A stretch of DNA of 16,027 nucleotides from Paraspadella gotoi (taxonomy: Eukaryota > Animalia > Chaetognatha): assembly GCA_051294375.1 (NCBI GenBank), contig JBJCIZ010001226.1:1-16027 (forward strand). The letters are read 5' to 3'. Positions 1 through 10,226 of this stretch are shown in pieces (the stretch's first letter is position 1; each line of letters begins with the position of its first letter). The notes beneath the pieces are model-generated. The model made no database searches. It was given only the letters and a program-made list of their open reading frames with translations, and had not been told where the DNA came from. Both the position numbers and the translations under genes were made by a program.

Positions 1-170
1 ATTGCAAGTAAAAAATGAGTAGTTTATAATAGATAAGGCTGCATCAACGGAGTTGAATACCACGCTTTTCAATGATAAAGAAACAATTTAATAAAAAAAT
101 CCCTGAAAAGGAAAAAATAATAGTATAGTAATAGCGCGATTGCGACCAAGCAAAATAAGCATTCAAAAAG

Positions 171-3100
171 TCAGCGCGCCTTCCTCTGTTCACTCGGTTT
201 TTGGTTACTCTCGGCTGAGTTTGAGGGCGGATTAAGACGTCCATGTTTAACCCTCTTCGTTCTTGGTTCACACAGAAAATTTCGGACGGATCCCGATATT
301 CCATCACCGGCTTTCGCGATGTTTCCTAGAAAAAGTCGTCCTTTCTTTTTTGGCACGGTCATACCACAACCGAGTGCGTAGATCATACAACCGCCAACGA
401 AGAAACCCAAAACAATTTGATAAAGAATATAAAGCATGACATATAATACTTATTAAATACATAAATTTAAATAAGTATTTACCGGCATGACTTAGGATCA
501 CTGAGAAACATATTCTCAATAAATTTGTAAACGCTCTGCGGACCAAATCGCAAACTTAAATTTTTTTAAATGTAAAAATTATTTTTTTTAATAATAAAAT
601 TACTACTTAATATATTAACTGTTAGTATAACAAGAAAAAAATAAATTTAGAGGCGAATAAATGTAAAAATTTTACACATCCATTCAAATATTCAATATAT
701 CATCATCAAAAAGTAAGATTAAACTAAGTAACCAATGTAAGATAAAATCACCAACTCCCGACTTTGTACACTAAAACATCAGAATAGTTTTTATCTATTA
801 TATCCACAACAATTACAGAATATCTAACACTTAATAGCCAATTAAAAAAAAAACTAATTTACTAAGAAATCAACGATGCTCTTTACAGAAAAATAAATTT
901 CCATAATATCCATAATTCTAATTAAACAAAAAATATTCATTAAACAGTTTGTACAAGTAAATATTGTAGAGTTGAATAGCCCAAAAACTTTTAGAAATTA
1001 GCACCAAAATCAGGTTACCATAAATCAAATTCAAGATTTATAAAAATAATAAAACAATCACAATGTATATTCAATAATGAATAGAGAAAATGGCAATTAA
1101 TGTTTGCTACGCAAATGGCGTAATAGACTCCTGCCATTCGAAAGAAGTTCACCGGACAATGGAGAAAGCGCCGCAACCACGGTTCATCTTGAAAAATCAT
1201 TGTATTATGTCATCCACCTAGAAAAAAATAGAGAATTAAATGTAATAAGGTTTATTTGACCAGAATTTCATAATTTGTGCATAAAACGAAGGAGGTTTAT
1301 TAATTAGGCAAATGTTTTTTTTCATTGTAAAATTAAAAGTGTTGGATATTCTTTCTCTACGTTTGTGAAAAGCAAAATTATTTTAAAACGCTGATAAAGA
1401 TCGATAAAACATTCTCTCCTTTTCTTTCGATAACCTGAGGTCGAAGGCAAATTCCCCGTCGGTTTCGAGGAAAAAAGTCCCTAAATCGGGATTCCATTTT
1501 AAAATTTAAGATTTTATGTAATATTTTTAATAAACAGAATTATTCGTATTACTATAAATCAAGAATTTTTTATTAGCAAATCCCGAACTATAATTCACTT
1601 AATTATCTAATTAAATTATTTTTTAGTTTATATAGTTTGAATTAATTAATTAATTACCTCCCTATAATCGTGGACAGATCCGCCATTGTTTGCTCAAACT
1701 TTTTTTTTTCAAATTCAGATTCGGGTAGAGCGATGAAAAAAAAATGGGCAACTTTACTATTCGGGCGTACTCAACAACTAGTACCAAGGGTCGGTTCTTT
1801 TGTTATATCCATTTAATTTTGTTTTCCCACCATATTTGCGCAATAATATGCAGATTTTTTTGTTTAATTAAAATACTAAATTTTATAATCAAATAAGTTT
1901 TAAATTTATTTTAATTGCTATTATTTTATGTTTAAGGTAGAAAATGAATTGTTTGTTTACGTACGAGTTTTAATAAAAGAAAACATTATCGGACATCTTT
2001 ACAGCTATCAATGTAAGCTTTAATCAGACGCAAAAACGAATTGAATTTTGTGTGAAACAAATATTTTTGAACTTTTCTCTCTTCTCTCTCGACAAACTTT
2101 CAAAAGTCTGTTTATAAAAATTATTTTATTTCACAAATTAATTTCGATTTTTAACAATGATGATTGATGAAGCTTTACATTGAAGCGAAAACCTGACGGA
2201 AATTCTGTTTCTTAATAAAAACTCGTTTACAGTAAACAAACGTGAGAAAGGAAAACAAAAAAATTTATATTTATATTAAACGGTTACCAATTGGGTTAAA
2301 GGTTGTTAGGGATTTAGGGTTGTTAGGGGTGGTTAGGGATTTGTAAATATAAAAAAGTGAATATCCTATACTCGCTGCATAAGCAAAAAAACAACAAAAA
2401 AAAGAACCCGCCAAAATCTCGATCGTCGGAAGTGTAAAAAATAAGCCAAATATTATTACAAATGCCATTCATCCCATCTATTGATATTCATATTTACCTT
2501 GTATCCGGAATAGTACACACAATAACTAAAAGTGAATCACACAAAAAAAAAAATATCAAAATATTAAACCTTTTTAACGAATAAGCAACAAAGATTTCTT
2601 TTTCTAAGAAAAAAAAGGAAAAAATTTAAAATAAAAATTCAACAAAATAAAACAACGCTAAAAGTCCGTTAGGGAAAATAAAGGAGAAAAGGGAGAGGGA
2701 CAGAATATTTAGAATTAATATTCTTTCTAAACACTATGATTAGACATTGTTATGTCCTGAAAAAAAAATATATGATTTATAAGTCATTGTGTTATTTTCC
2801 TTTCCTTTTGTTGTGTATTATGATTTTTTAGAGAAAGTTGAAATGTAGTGGCAACAACGAAGAGTTTGTTTATTATTTATGAAAACGGACATGTTTCGGT
2901 TTCACAATACGAACCTTCTTCAGCGCCCAAAAGGGTTTTGAAATTTGATAATTTTTTAGCATTAAAAAAAGTGCCGAGAGGACAAACAGAGAGGGCAAAG
3001 TTTCCAAACAGAGTTTGTTGCAATTAGTGGTCAAATGGTGAGGCAGGTTAAGTTAAGGACAGAGAGTAGAGTTTATGAAGGGAAACTTGAACGTGAAAGA

Positions 3101-5289
3101 CGAGAGCAGTTTAATGTAATTGTGGCAATGATATAACACATTTCCCAATTTCCCCTTCACAAACTTACTCTTCTTGTCTTAACTTAACCTGTCCTCACCA
3201 TATTGCACTATTACATTCTGTCCTCAACTCTATGTGTTGGAAACTGTTGCCACGTACTCTCCATTTGTTCTTTTCTTTTCTCATCCTCTCTCTTTTCTTT
3301 AATGCCAAAAAAAATTTTCAAATGTCAAAACCTTTTTTGCGCTGAAGAAGGTTCGTATTTGTGAACCGAAATGTTAGGACCCGCCGGTCTCGTCCTCCCT
3401 CCTAAACGCCCCCGAGAAATATCTGCCCCCGGGAATTATTTGAAGGGGGGAAACTCCTCAACCCCAGGCGAGATGCTTCGGTAGTCCAGAGATTCAAAGC
3501 ATTGATTTGGTGGCATGAGCAGATCGACTATTCAATAGTCTGTGTTCTCTGAGTTTTTTATGAGAGTTGTAAAAAGGGTACCTTAAAAAATAATCAAAGC
3601 AATATAGATATCAAACAGTACAATAAAAAATGATTATTCAAAGATCATTTAAACACTCAAAAGAATTATACAAAAATTCAGTATAAACTCAAAAATCAAT
3701 GATATAACTAAAGCACGGAATGGACGAAATGATCCAAAACGATAAATCCTTGTGACGAATAAAAGTTCGAACTCAGATATCACGATTTCGCGGAGTTCTT
3801 GATCTGGATCTAACAGAACATGTCCGTTTTTCATAATAATAAAAACAAAATTCGTTTTGCCACTACATTTCAAACTTTTTCTCTAGGATTTTAAGTCTTA
3901 AAAAAAACAATTTTAGATTTTTAAGCGATTTTTAATAACCTATCACTAAATATTAATAAATATAAAATCTTTAGGTTACGCTGACCAGGGTTAAGAGATT
4001 GGTTTAGAGGTAAAGGGAGAATTATAGAGGGATTGTTGGAATTAGCGGTGGTTAGGAGTAAATTAAATAAATTTTATTTTTTTTAAAATTATTTAAATAA
4101 ATTTTTAAAAGCCCGCCATTACCGCTCGGCCGAAAAAGTTAAAATATTAGCCAAAATCATTTTTTTGAAATAAAATTAAACTTTGATTAAAAGATTATTA
4201 TATTTAAAGATTACTGGAAAAAAGCAAAAACAAAAAGACATAAAAAGGCGAATTTATCAATATTGCATCGGACAAAAAACATTTCTTTAGAAACTTTCAG
4301 TTTAAAAGAGACTAGAGAAAAAGGAACAGGGACCACCGGACATTGTCACATAATCAATAATATTTCGGATTCACAAATCTTATAAATTTAATTTAATGCT
4401 TCAATGTCTTATACTGTCTCACTAATTTAATAAATAATTTATTATCACTAATGGACAAATTAATTATATATTACACTAAACTCCTCCTCAATGGTAAAAA
4501 GTGATTATTTTTAGTAAATAAAGTTAAATCTAAAAAGTAAAATAGTTTAAAGTAAATTTCTCTGTTTGGCTCCATCCATTCTTTTTCTGACATTCCTTGA
4601 TATAGAATCAAAAACTGATTAATAGAAATAAAATTGGGTGGGAAACATATTGCTTTACTTTTTTTTTAAAATATCTTTAAAATGCAAAAAATATTTAAAT
4701 ACAATATTCATAACATAATTAAACAAAAATATAATAAAGTTAAGTTAATTTTAGAAGAGTTTAAAAAGTTATTTCTCCCAAAATAAAGCATGTGGCGAAA
4801 TCCTAAATACTGAATCGGCATTGATATGATTTTATTCACCAAAATGAACAAAAACGCACCTGAACGTTGTTGAGAACGGCAGGTTCGATCCTCCAAAAAC
4901 GCCCCTTGAATATTCGAGAAAAAAACTGTTCAGCCCGGCGATCCCATCAAAAGATTGCTTCAAAGACATGATTTTGAGGTTTCAAGACCAAATCTGTTTT
5001 TCTCTAAGTTTATTCCGCCTAAGTGTCTTTGTCTGATTCGTAGCTGAATAAGATAAATTTATATGCTCTGAGAACTAAATGACAACTTTTGCTATTAAAA
5101 GGACACGTATGCACGAAAGATGAGAATATCGCGAGAAACGATAAAATCCTTCGGTACAAAAGTTCCGAACTCAGACGATTTCCACAGAGTCTTCGAGGTT
5201 CTAACAGAGAGTTTTGATTAAAAAAAAAATAAATGTATGCCAAAGAACCAGACACGTTTAAAAATAGCGTTGAAAATCGATCTCATCAT
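171..5289 (-). CDS. fragmented multi-exon gene, weakly CRAL-TRIO/SEC14-like, frames disrupted
   Basis: Minus-strand GC-richer islands with AG/GT borders: 2525-2498, ~1855-1758 (GKTKI.GYNKKNRPLVLVVEY), 1698-1658 (FEQTMADLSTIIG), 1480-1435 (FLETDGEFAFDL), 1217-1111 (DEPWLRRFLHCPVNFFRMAGVYYAIC), 535-483 (SVYKFIENMFLSDPKSC), terminal exon ~448-171. Tentative upstream exons at 5289-5256, ~4858-4785 and ~4613-4555. Family assignment rests on a loose motif order only. Confidence 0.45.
1951..2241. mobile_element. degenerate fold-back Penelope-like remnant with decayed hammerhead motifs
   Basis: Imperfect inverted arms (gtttgtttac..cgagtttt / aaaactcg..gtaaacaaac). TGATGA-agctt..aagc-GAAA at 2165-2190 (+) and a decayed counterpart at 1991-2030 (-). 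Confidence 0.55.
2282..2458. repeat. dispersed repeat with TTAGGG-like G-rich tract; second copy ~3974-4162
   Basis: Shared order ggttac..gggttaa..ggtggttagg..cccgcca..tagccaaa in both copies. Confidence 0.5.
2886..2925 (-). ncRNA. minimal type-I hammerhead ribozyme motif
   Basis: Minus strand: cg-CTGAAGA-a-ggtt-cgtattgtga-aacc-GAAAC-AT-GTC-cg. Core boxes, stem II and palindromic ACATGT in place of stem III, as in Penelope-associated minimal hammerheads. Confidence 0.75.
3340..3371 (+). ncRNA. hammerhead motif split by LTR insertion (remainder at 3816-3826)
   Basis: CTGAAGA-aggttcg..tgaacc-GAAA, then TGTT (LTR start); acatgtccg resumes after the LTR end. Confidence 0.65.
3372..3815. mobile_element. 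solo LTR (TGTTAG...CTAACA), BEL/Pao- or Gypsy-like
   Basis: 6-bp terminal inverted repeat with TG..CA ends. Cleanly interrupts one arm of an inverted repeat. Flanks gaaa / gaac are consistent with an imperfect duplication of GAAAC. Related copies at 4868-5206 and 5947-6426. Confidence 0.75.
3974..4162. repeat. second copy of the 2282-2458 repeat
   Basis: Same ordered motifs as 2282-2458. Confidence 0.5.
4390..4512. repeat. fragment related to the internal part of the 7039-7632 MITE
   Basis: aatgcttc..ttatactgt..tcacta..atggacaaat..taaaaagt also found at ~7495-7620. Confidence 0.55.
4868..5206. mobile_element. diverged solo-LTR copy of the same family
   Basis: Starts TGTTgagaacggcaggttcgatcctcc..aacgcccc and ends aaagttccgaactcaga..tctaACA, matching both ends of 3372-3815. 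No TSD recognised. Confidence 0.55.
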
Positions 5290-5399
5290 CTTCAAGTCGT
5301 TAAAAGTTGTGAACTTTAATTTGACAATAAAAACCCTAAATGTTTTAAAAAAATAATTGACCGCTTATAAAATAGAGAAGATATTGAAAAAAAAAAAAT

Positions 5400-5490
5400 A
5401 GGCGGGATGCGGCCCGGGCAGGATTGATTTCGTGTCGGTCACGTGACTATTGAAATCAGCTCGATTGGTTCGGTTAATTTTTTAGCGCCC
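5400..5490. promoter_or_regulatory. promoter-like cluster (GC-rich, palindromic E-box, CCAAT, E2F-like)
   Basis: GTCACGTGAC 5438-5447, ATTGG 5464-5468, TTTAGCGCCC 5481-5490, just upstream of the putative first exon of the minus-strand gene. Confidence 0.35.
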
Positions 5491-5946
5491 AGGTTCCTGA
5501 TTTGGTTTAAAAAAAACGGAGCAAAGATAACCGATTAAAGAGGCGCTTTAGTAAATCGGGGATGGAGACATTCCCTCGATATCCATGGCAAGCAGGACAT
5601 GTAGAAGACTGTGGAAAAAAACTGACGTCAAGGAGGCAGCAAGGACGGAGCTGGATGGTTTTTTCTCACCAGGGGTGCGCCCAGAACAAATAGAACAAGA
5701 TAGCAACCCACACCGTGCAGAATGTGACTCCATTTTTTTTTCTTCGAAAATCTACTTCAAACTTGTAAACTTAAACGCATAGTCGTGTTTTGACTTTATT
5801 TCATCGTCAACAAGGATCAATCGTTCATTCCGTGATCATTTCTGCATTCACTAATTTCATTTTTTTGCGTATGGAAATTCACTGTTTTCCTGAGTCTTTT
5901 TTTAATTATTTTTTACTCAATAGTTTAAATATTCTTTTCGTGGGTT

Positions 5947-6426
5947 TGGTTAGGACCCGCCAGATCCGTCCTCCTTCCTAAAAAAGTTTCGGGAAAAAAT
6001 TTACTTTCTGCCGCAGTCGTATGTGAGATCAAAGACTCGCGAATCGTTAGATATCTGAGTTCGAACTTTGACTTTCGTCACAAGGATTTATCGTTTGGAT
6101 CATTTTCGTCATTTGAGCTTTAGTTCTATTTCATTGAGTTTTTGAGTTTATACTTGATTTTTGTAATTCTTCTGAGTGTTTAAATAATATTTTGATAATT
6201 ATTCTTTATTGTACTGTTTGAATATCTATATTGCTTTATTTTATTAAGGTTTACCTTTTTTTAAATACTCTTTCATAAACTCAGAGAAAATAAAGAAGAC
6301 TATTTGATCGTCTCTGATCTGCTCCAGCCACCAAATCATGCCTTTGAGCATCTCTGGACTACCGAAAGCATCTCGCCGGGGTTGAGGAGTTCGGTACTCA
6401 ATATTCTTCGAATATTCGGGTTGCGT
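5947..6426. mobile_element. rearranged LTR copy (first ~40 bp direct, remainder inverted)
   Basis: gttaggacccgcc..cgtcctcc..cctaaa (5949-5983) is in the same orientation as 3373-3405. 6026-6390 is the reverse complement of ~3452-3805. Confidence 0.7.
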
Positions 6427-6575
6427 GCGTCCTCGTCAATTGCCGGCTGCAAGTGGCGTCATCCATTAGCGGTGGGGAGAAAAATCGAAGTGGGCGGCCG
6501 GCGCTTCGGGGGTGGGCGCGCGCCGCTATCAGCTATAAATTGCTGCTGCAAGAAGCTGCGAAATGCTGAAAACTT
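6425..6575 (+). promoter_or_regulatory. GC-rich island with GC box and TATA; candidate mael promoter
   Basis: GGGCGG 6492-6497 and TATAAAT 6534-6540, strongly GC-rich against the background, about 1.3 kb upstream of the mael ATG. Confidence 0.35.
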
Positions 6576-7038
6576 TTAATAATTGGAAGAAGTTCAAGTT
6601 TGGTGAAATGTTTAATACACAAAAAAATTTTAAAATATCTTTAAACAGTTTTTTTATTTCATCTAGATGTCATGTCCGAATTAGCCCCGCACTACCCTAT
6701 TGATTAAGGTGCTATTTGAGATGGAGCTCCTAGACTTCATTTTTTGGTTAATTATCACCATTTCATCCGGTTTTCATTTGTCATTTTTGCCACAATCATT
6801 GCGTTTTTCGCACGCATGGGCTTAAACATTAAATGAAAAACTAATTTGTATCGATTTTTTTTATAGCTTTGATGAAAAAATGTTAACCCTATCGTTACTT
6901 ACCGTTAGAAGTAATTGTTTTGAATGAAATTTGGTTTTCAGTCTAATTGATCCGAGCTTTTCGTTCATTTTGCTTTTTACTCACTAGTCTTCATTGATAA
7001 TTGCCATACGACCGTGCCTTATATATATTATTCATATA

Positions 7039-7632
7039 TTAAGGCGGAACAAAGTAAAAACTTACGAGTTCTGTAATATAAATATACGTTAGAGCATTCC
7101 CTGCTGGGATAACGAATTAGAAATAAATTTAAGATTTTATTATAGTTAATATCATAGTTCATTATCATAGTCATTTAAAAGTTTATCGTTATTACTTTAA
7201 ATCATGAAATTTTTTCTTTCAAAATCAGATATTTTTAAAAACGGATTCGGGTAGAGATTGAAAAAATAAATAAAATAAAATAAATTAAATTAGCAAAAAC
7301 TATAAAAATTATGGTACAACGATGATGATGATAATTTTAAAAAGTTTTTCCATTTTTTGACCCACTTATCATCGAAATATTGAAAAACGCATTATACTTT
7401 GTGTAGACTACTTTTTATGGGCTATCTGAATCCGTTCTTAAAAAATAAAATTTTTATAAGAATTTTTTCTCATTGCCTATGCAGTGATAAATATTTAAAT
7501 GCTTCGATGTTATACTGTGCTTCACTAGTTAAAAAAGTGATAATAAATATTGATTAAGTATATGATGGACAAATAAATTTTATGTTACAGAACTCTTAAT
7601 GATAAAAAGTAATCTATTTTGACCCGCCTTAA
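7039..7632. mobile_element. MITE / non-autonomous DNA transposon
   Basis: Terminal inverted repeats tatattaaggcgg / ccgccttaatata plus subterminal gagttctgtaa / ttacagaactc. Target site is either TTAA (Kolobok-like GG..CC ends) or TA (Tc1/mariner-like). Confidence 0.6.
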
Positions 7633-7867
7633 TATATATACTTTTTTTTTGTAATATTTACTGGAAATCGTTGTCAAGTTTTTTTATGAACTGTTGTTGA
7701 CTTTGTCGTTTCAGGTCAGTTCACATCACAATCACCTTTCGAGGATGAGGGTTCCCGCGATCGAATGAAATCAACTGTTTTGATCGTTAACTTTAAAATC
7801 TCAAAGATAACTTGAATTTTTAAAATATAATTTTATATATATATTCTGTTTAAATAATCTACGGAAA

Positions 7868-7940
7868 ATGCCTAAGAAACCGCCGAGAAACGCGTTTTAC
7901 TTTTACATGCAAGACAAGATGAACGAGTTTCGACAATCAG
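7868..7940 (+). CDS. mael: mael exon 1 (HMG box N-terminal half)
   Basis: ATG at 7868, MPKKPPRNAFYFYMQDKMNEFRQS, GT donor at 7941 (phase 1). Confidence 0.88.
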
Positions 7941-10226
7941 GTATATATTTAGTACACAAAATTAATTGCCTATATAATTTGTGACGTTTCCATTTATCAT
8001 AAGAGTTTTAACTTGAAACACATTGATTCCTGCTCGATGATTGTTTTTCAGGCCACACAGTCAACAGTATCGCAGACTGCGTCCCCTTGGCGCATCCGCT
8101 TTGGGAAGAAGGAGCCCGATGAGTGTAAGAAAACGCTACGACGCCAAAGCCAAAGCGCACAAGCAGGTTGGCCGCCGTTATAGAATTAAATATGGGAGGT
8201 AATTCTACTAAATGATTTAATCATGTAATTATTTATCAAAAATGCGTGGGGCCGAGGGAGATGGATCCCGGCTGGACAACCAGGATCGACCCGTTACGAG
8301 TACGGAGATCTCGCCATGGAGATGGACCAACGACGGAAATCCGATCAGGGCCGAGATCAAGTCCCTTCTTCCATCAGGCAACTTTATAATAATATACCGG
8401 TTGCCAGTATATTTAATAAAATAATTAAATTAATAAAGGCGACGCCCTTTGGAGAAGAAGTTCTACATGATCCATTTTGAGTATCTGTTGTTCGTGGAGG
8501 AAGAAGGCGGGCGTTTCCTCCCTGCGGAAATTGGACTCTCCGAATACTCTTTGTTCCACGGTAGAGTCAGTTATTAAGTAATATTTAATATTATTCTTAT
8601 TAAATATATTTTTCAATTACGGGCCACCAGGCATTATCCGGACATATCACAGCTTCATCCTTCCCGGTCCCGTCCCCATCGGCTACAAATCGGAGGCCAA
8701 GTCTCACTCGGAGCGACGACACAAGCTGCCCTACGATCCGGGTAAATTAAAGACAAAGTAGTACGCACATACTGTAGATACTATTATATTTTGGTTCGTC
8801 ATTAGGTAAAATATTATCAATTAGATTAATTCAATTAGGCTATTTGCAGCGATTTAACTTTAACTTTGAAATTGACATCGCATGGACTCTCTGTCCCAGG
8901 TCAGGTCAATCTAAAAAAAATATTTTCTCCGGCCGCCAGGCGAAGGCTTCGATCATTGGAACGACGACTTACTACGGCATTTGGTGTCGACTTTGTGAAT
9001 TCCTCGACCCAAACGGCGAAGGACGCAACTTTCCGCCCGTCTATTGTCTCGGCGACGGTAAGGGCTAAATAGGTTCATTATTAATTGTATACTTAATAAA
9101 CAAAAGAAAATGAATTCACCCATCCATCGTGACAGAGTATGAAAATTCGGCGACGGAAAAGTGTTTGGATTGGTTGTTCGAACACGCGCGGACCTACGAT
9201 TCTCAACGCTTTTCGCAACATTAGGATCTTCGCTGTGGAGGATCTGCTGATGGGATTCTACTCTAAATCCACATCCTCCACCATCACCGTCGTACCATCG
9301 AGTAAGTTGCAAATTGCAATTAAAGATGTCAACAATGATGTCAATCATCTAACCCACATCTATCTAATGTAAAGTATAAAATTTGGTAGCTCGAATAGCT
9401 CAAAAAGGCATTTATTTTAAATACGCCATTATGCTAATGAGATTGAGATTCATTCTCACTTGAGAATTACTCTTGCTTCTTTGGTTGTTCAAGTTGGGAA
9501 AAAGGGATGTGTGAGGAGTCGGGTTATTGTTTTCTTTGGGAAGAAAAAGGTTATAATAATAAATATTTGTTTTTCCAATTTAAAAATTTGTTCTTCACCT
9601 TTCCTTTGCCCGATTCCCTCTTCTCTCTAATTGGCAACCCCATTTCGTCCGCAGGACACAGTTGCGAGCAGGAGATGCGAATGACGAACTGGGACTTCGA
9701 ACCCGAAACCTCCTGCGCCTTTCACGAGGAACTCGAGTGCAAGTTTTTGCGCTTTGGGGTTCGTCAAACGCTGGTGCTACTCCATCTCGGATTTCGCTCA
9801 GCGCCTGCAAGGTGCTTAATAGAGGGGAGGGAGAGGGAGCATACTGCCGCATTCGGAGAGACAGACAATAAAATTGTCATTTTTCCAGGCTTTTCACTTC
9901 ACGCTGACGGAGAAACACATTCCGCCAAAGTCGGGGTGCCAAAGTGGTCGACGCTCAACTCATCCGCGTCTTCGTCTAACTTCGGCGGCAGCAGGTTATC
10001 GCAGATCGCGCAATCTAAAATTTTTGTACATAACTTTCACTTCACTTCGCTTTGGTGCTCAGCATTTCTTATGATTTTTTTCTGTTGTATTAATTCAGTA
10101 TTTTCTTTTTTTAGGATGATCGACGACGAAGACAAAAATCGGACAAAATCTTGGGCAGACCAAGGTTTTCGCCACGGTGAGTATATATTAGACACATTTG
10201 AATCCGAAAATTTTTTAAATAAATAA
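7868..10226 (+). CDS. mael: maelstrom (HMG box + MAEL domain, piRNA pathway), about 10 coding exons, frame broken by about 10 single-base indels
   Basis: Manually spliced, indel-corrected translation: MPKKPPRNAFYFYMQDKMNEFRQS-GHTVNSIADCVPLAHPLW..EPDECKKRYDAKAK (HMG box like vertebrate MAEL N-terminus), then ..KFYMIHFEY..RFLPAEIGLSEYSLFH-GIIRTYHSFILPGPVPIGYKSEAKSHSERRHKLP..FPPVYC..CLDWL..AVEDLLMGFY..WDFEPETSCAFHEELECKFCALGFVKRW..LTEKHIP. The order is collinear with the MAEL domain as I recall it, including E...C-x2-H...C zinc ligands. Exons: 7868-7940, 8052-8166, ~8240-8377, 8439-8560, 8631-8741, 8940-9057, 9136-9301, 9655-9811, 9889-9994, 10115-10176 (or to stop at 10226). Confidence 0.9.
8052..8166 (+). 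CDS. mael: mael exon 2 (HMG box C-terminal half), two +1 indels
   Basis: tttttcag acceptor. GHTVNSIADCVPLAHPLW; uncorrected frame stops at 8120-8122. Removing one G (8103-8105) and one A (8130-8133) gives KKEPDECKKRYDAKAKAHKQ. GT at 8167. Confidence 0.8.
8240..8377 (+). CDS. mael: mael exon 3 (linker), boundaries uncertain
   Basis: GC-rich block MRGAEGDGSRLDNQ...AEIKSLLPS between AT-rich introns. No AG visible at the 5' edge; apparent GC donor (g|gcaact) at 8378. Confidence 0.6.
8439..8560 (+). CDS. mael: mael exon 4 (MAEL domain)
   Basis: EKKFYMIHFEYLLFVEEEGGRFLPAEIGLSEYSLFH; AG 8437-8438, GT 8561. Confidence 0.88.
8631..8741 (+). CDS. mael: mael exon 5 (MAEL domain)
   Basis: GIIRTYHSFILPGPVPIGYKSEAKSHSERRHKLPYDP, uninterrupted; cag acceptor, gtaaat donor. 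Confidence 0.9.
8940..9057 (+). CDS. mael: mael exon 6
   Basis: GEGFDHWNDD/(+1 T at 8969-8970)/YYGIWCRLCEFLDPNGEGRNFPPVYCLGD; gtaagg donor. Confidence 0.82.
9136..9301 (+). CDS. mael: mael exon 7
   Basis: EYENSATEKCLDWLFEHARTYDSQRF/(+1 T at 9210-9213)/RNIRIFAVEDLLMGFYSKSTSSTITVVPS; gtaagt donor. Confidence 0.82.
9655..9811 (+). CDS. mael: mael exon 8 (Cys-His-Cys zinc ligands)
   Basis: RHSCEQEMRMTNWDFEPETSCAFHEELECKF/(+1 T at 9744-9748)/CALGFVKRWCYSISDFAQRLQ. Confidence 0.86.
9889..9994 (+). CDS. mael: mael exon 9 (end of MAEL domain, start of tail)
   Basis: tttttccag acceptor. FTLTEKHIP in a shifted frame, then KVGVPKWSTLNSSASSSNFGGS(R). Phase-2 donor at 9995 matches the next exon. Confidence 0.7.
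10115..10176 (+). CDS. mael: mael exon 10 (tail); strong donor, or read-through to TAA 10224-10226
   Basis: ttttttag acceptor, MIDDEDKNRTKSWADQGFRH, cacg|gtgagt donor. Confidence 0.65.

Larger units (their letters stand above)
2715..3885. mobile_element. fold-back (inverted pLTR) Penelope-like element, interrupted by a solo LTR
   Basis: Left arm ~2829-3089 is the reverse complement of 3146-3371 plus 3816-3885. Each arm has a hammerhead motif. A one-sided extension ~2715-2828 is shared with the 15450-15540 copy. Confidence 0.75.

Noticed and set aside
2290-2340. Interstitial telomere array
   Set aside because: Only a few non-tandem TTAGGG words; part of a dispersed repeat also found near 3974-4162.
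6304-6579. 91-aa ORF
   Set aside because: It spans an inverted LTR fragment and the GC-rich promoter-like island, has a non-ATG start and shows no protein motif.
8953-9348. 131-aa minus-strand ORF (also 8425-8616, 9595-9852, 11834-12142, 13974-14183)
   Set aside because: Antisense shadows of GC-rich plus-strand exons with no recognisable motifs.
9507-10226. 239-aa ORF as a stand-alone gene
   Set aside because: It is a composite of mael exons 8-10, intervening introns and out-of-frame stretches.
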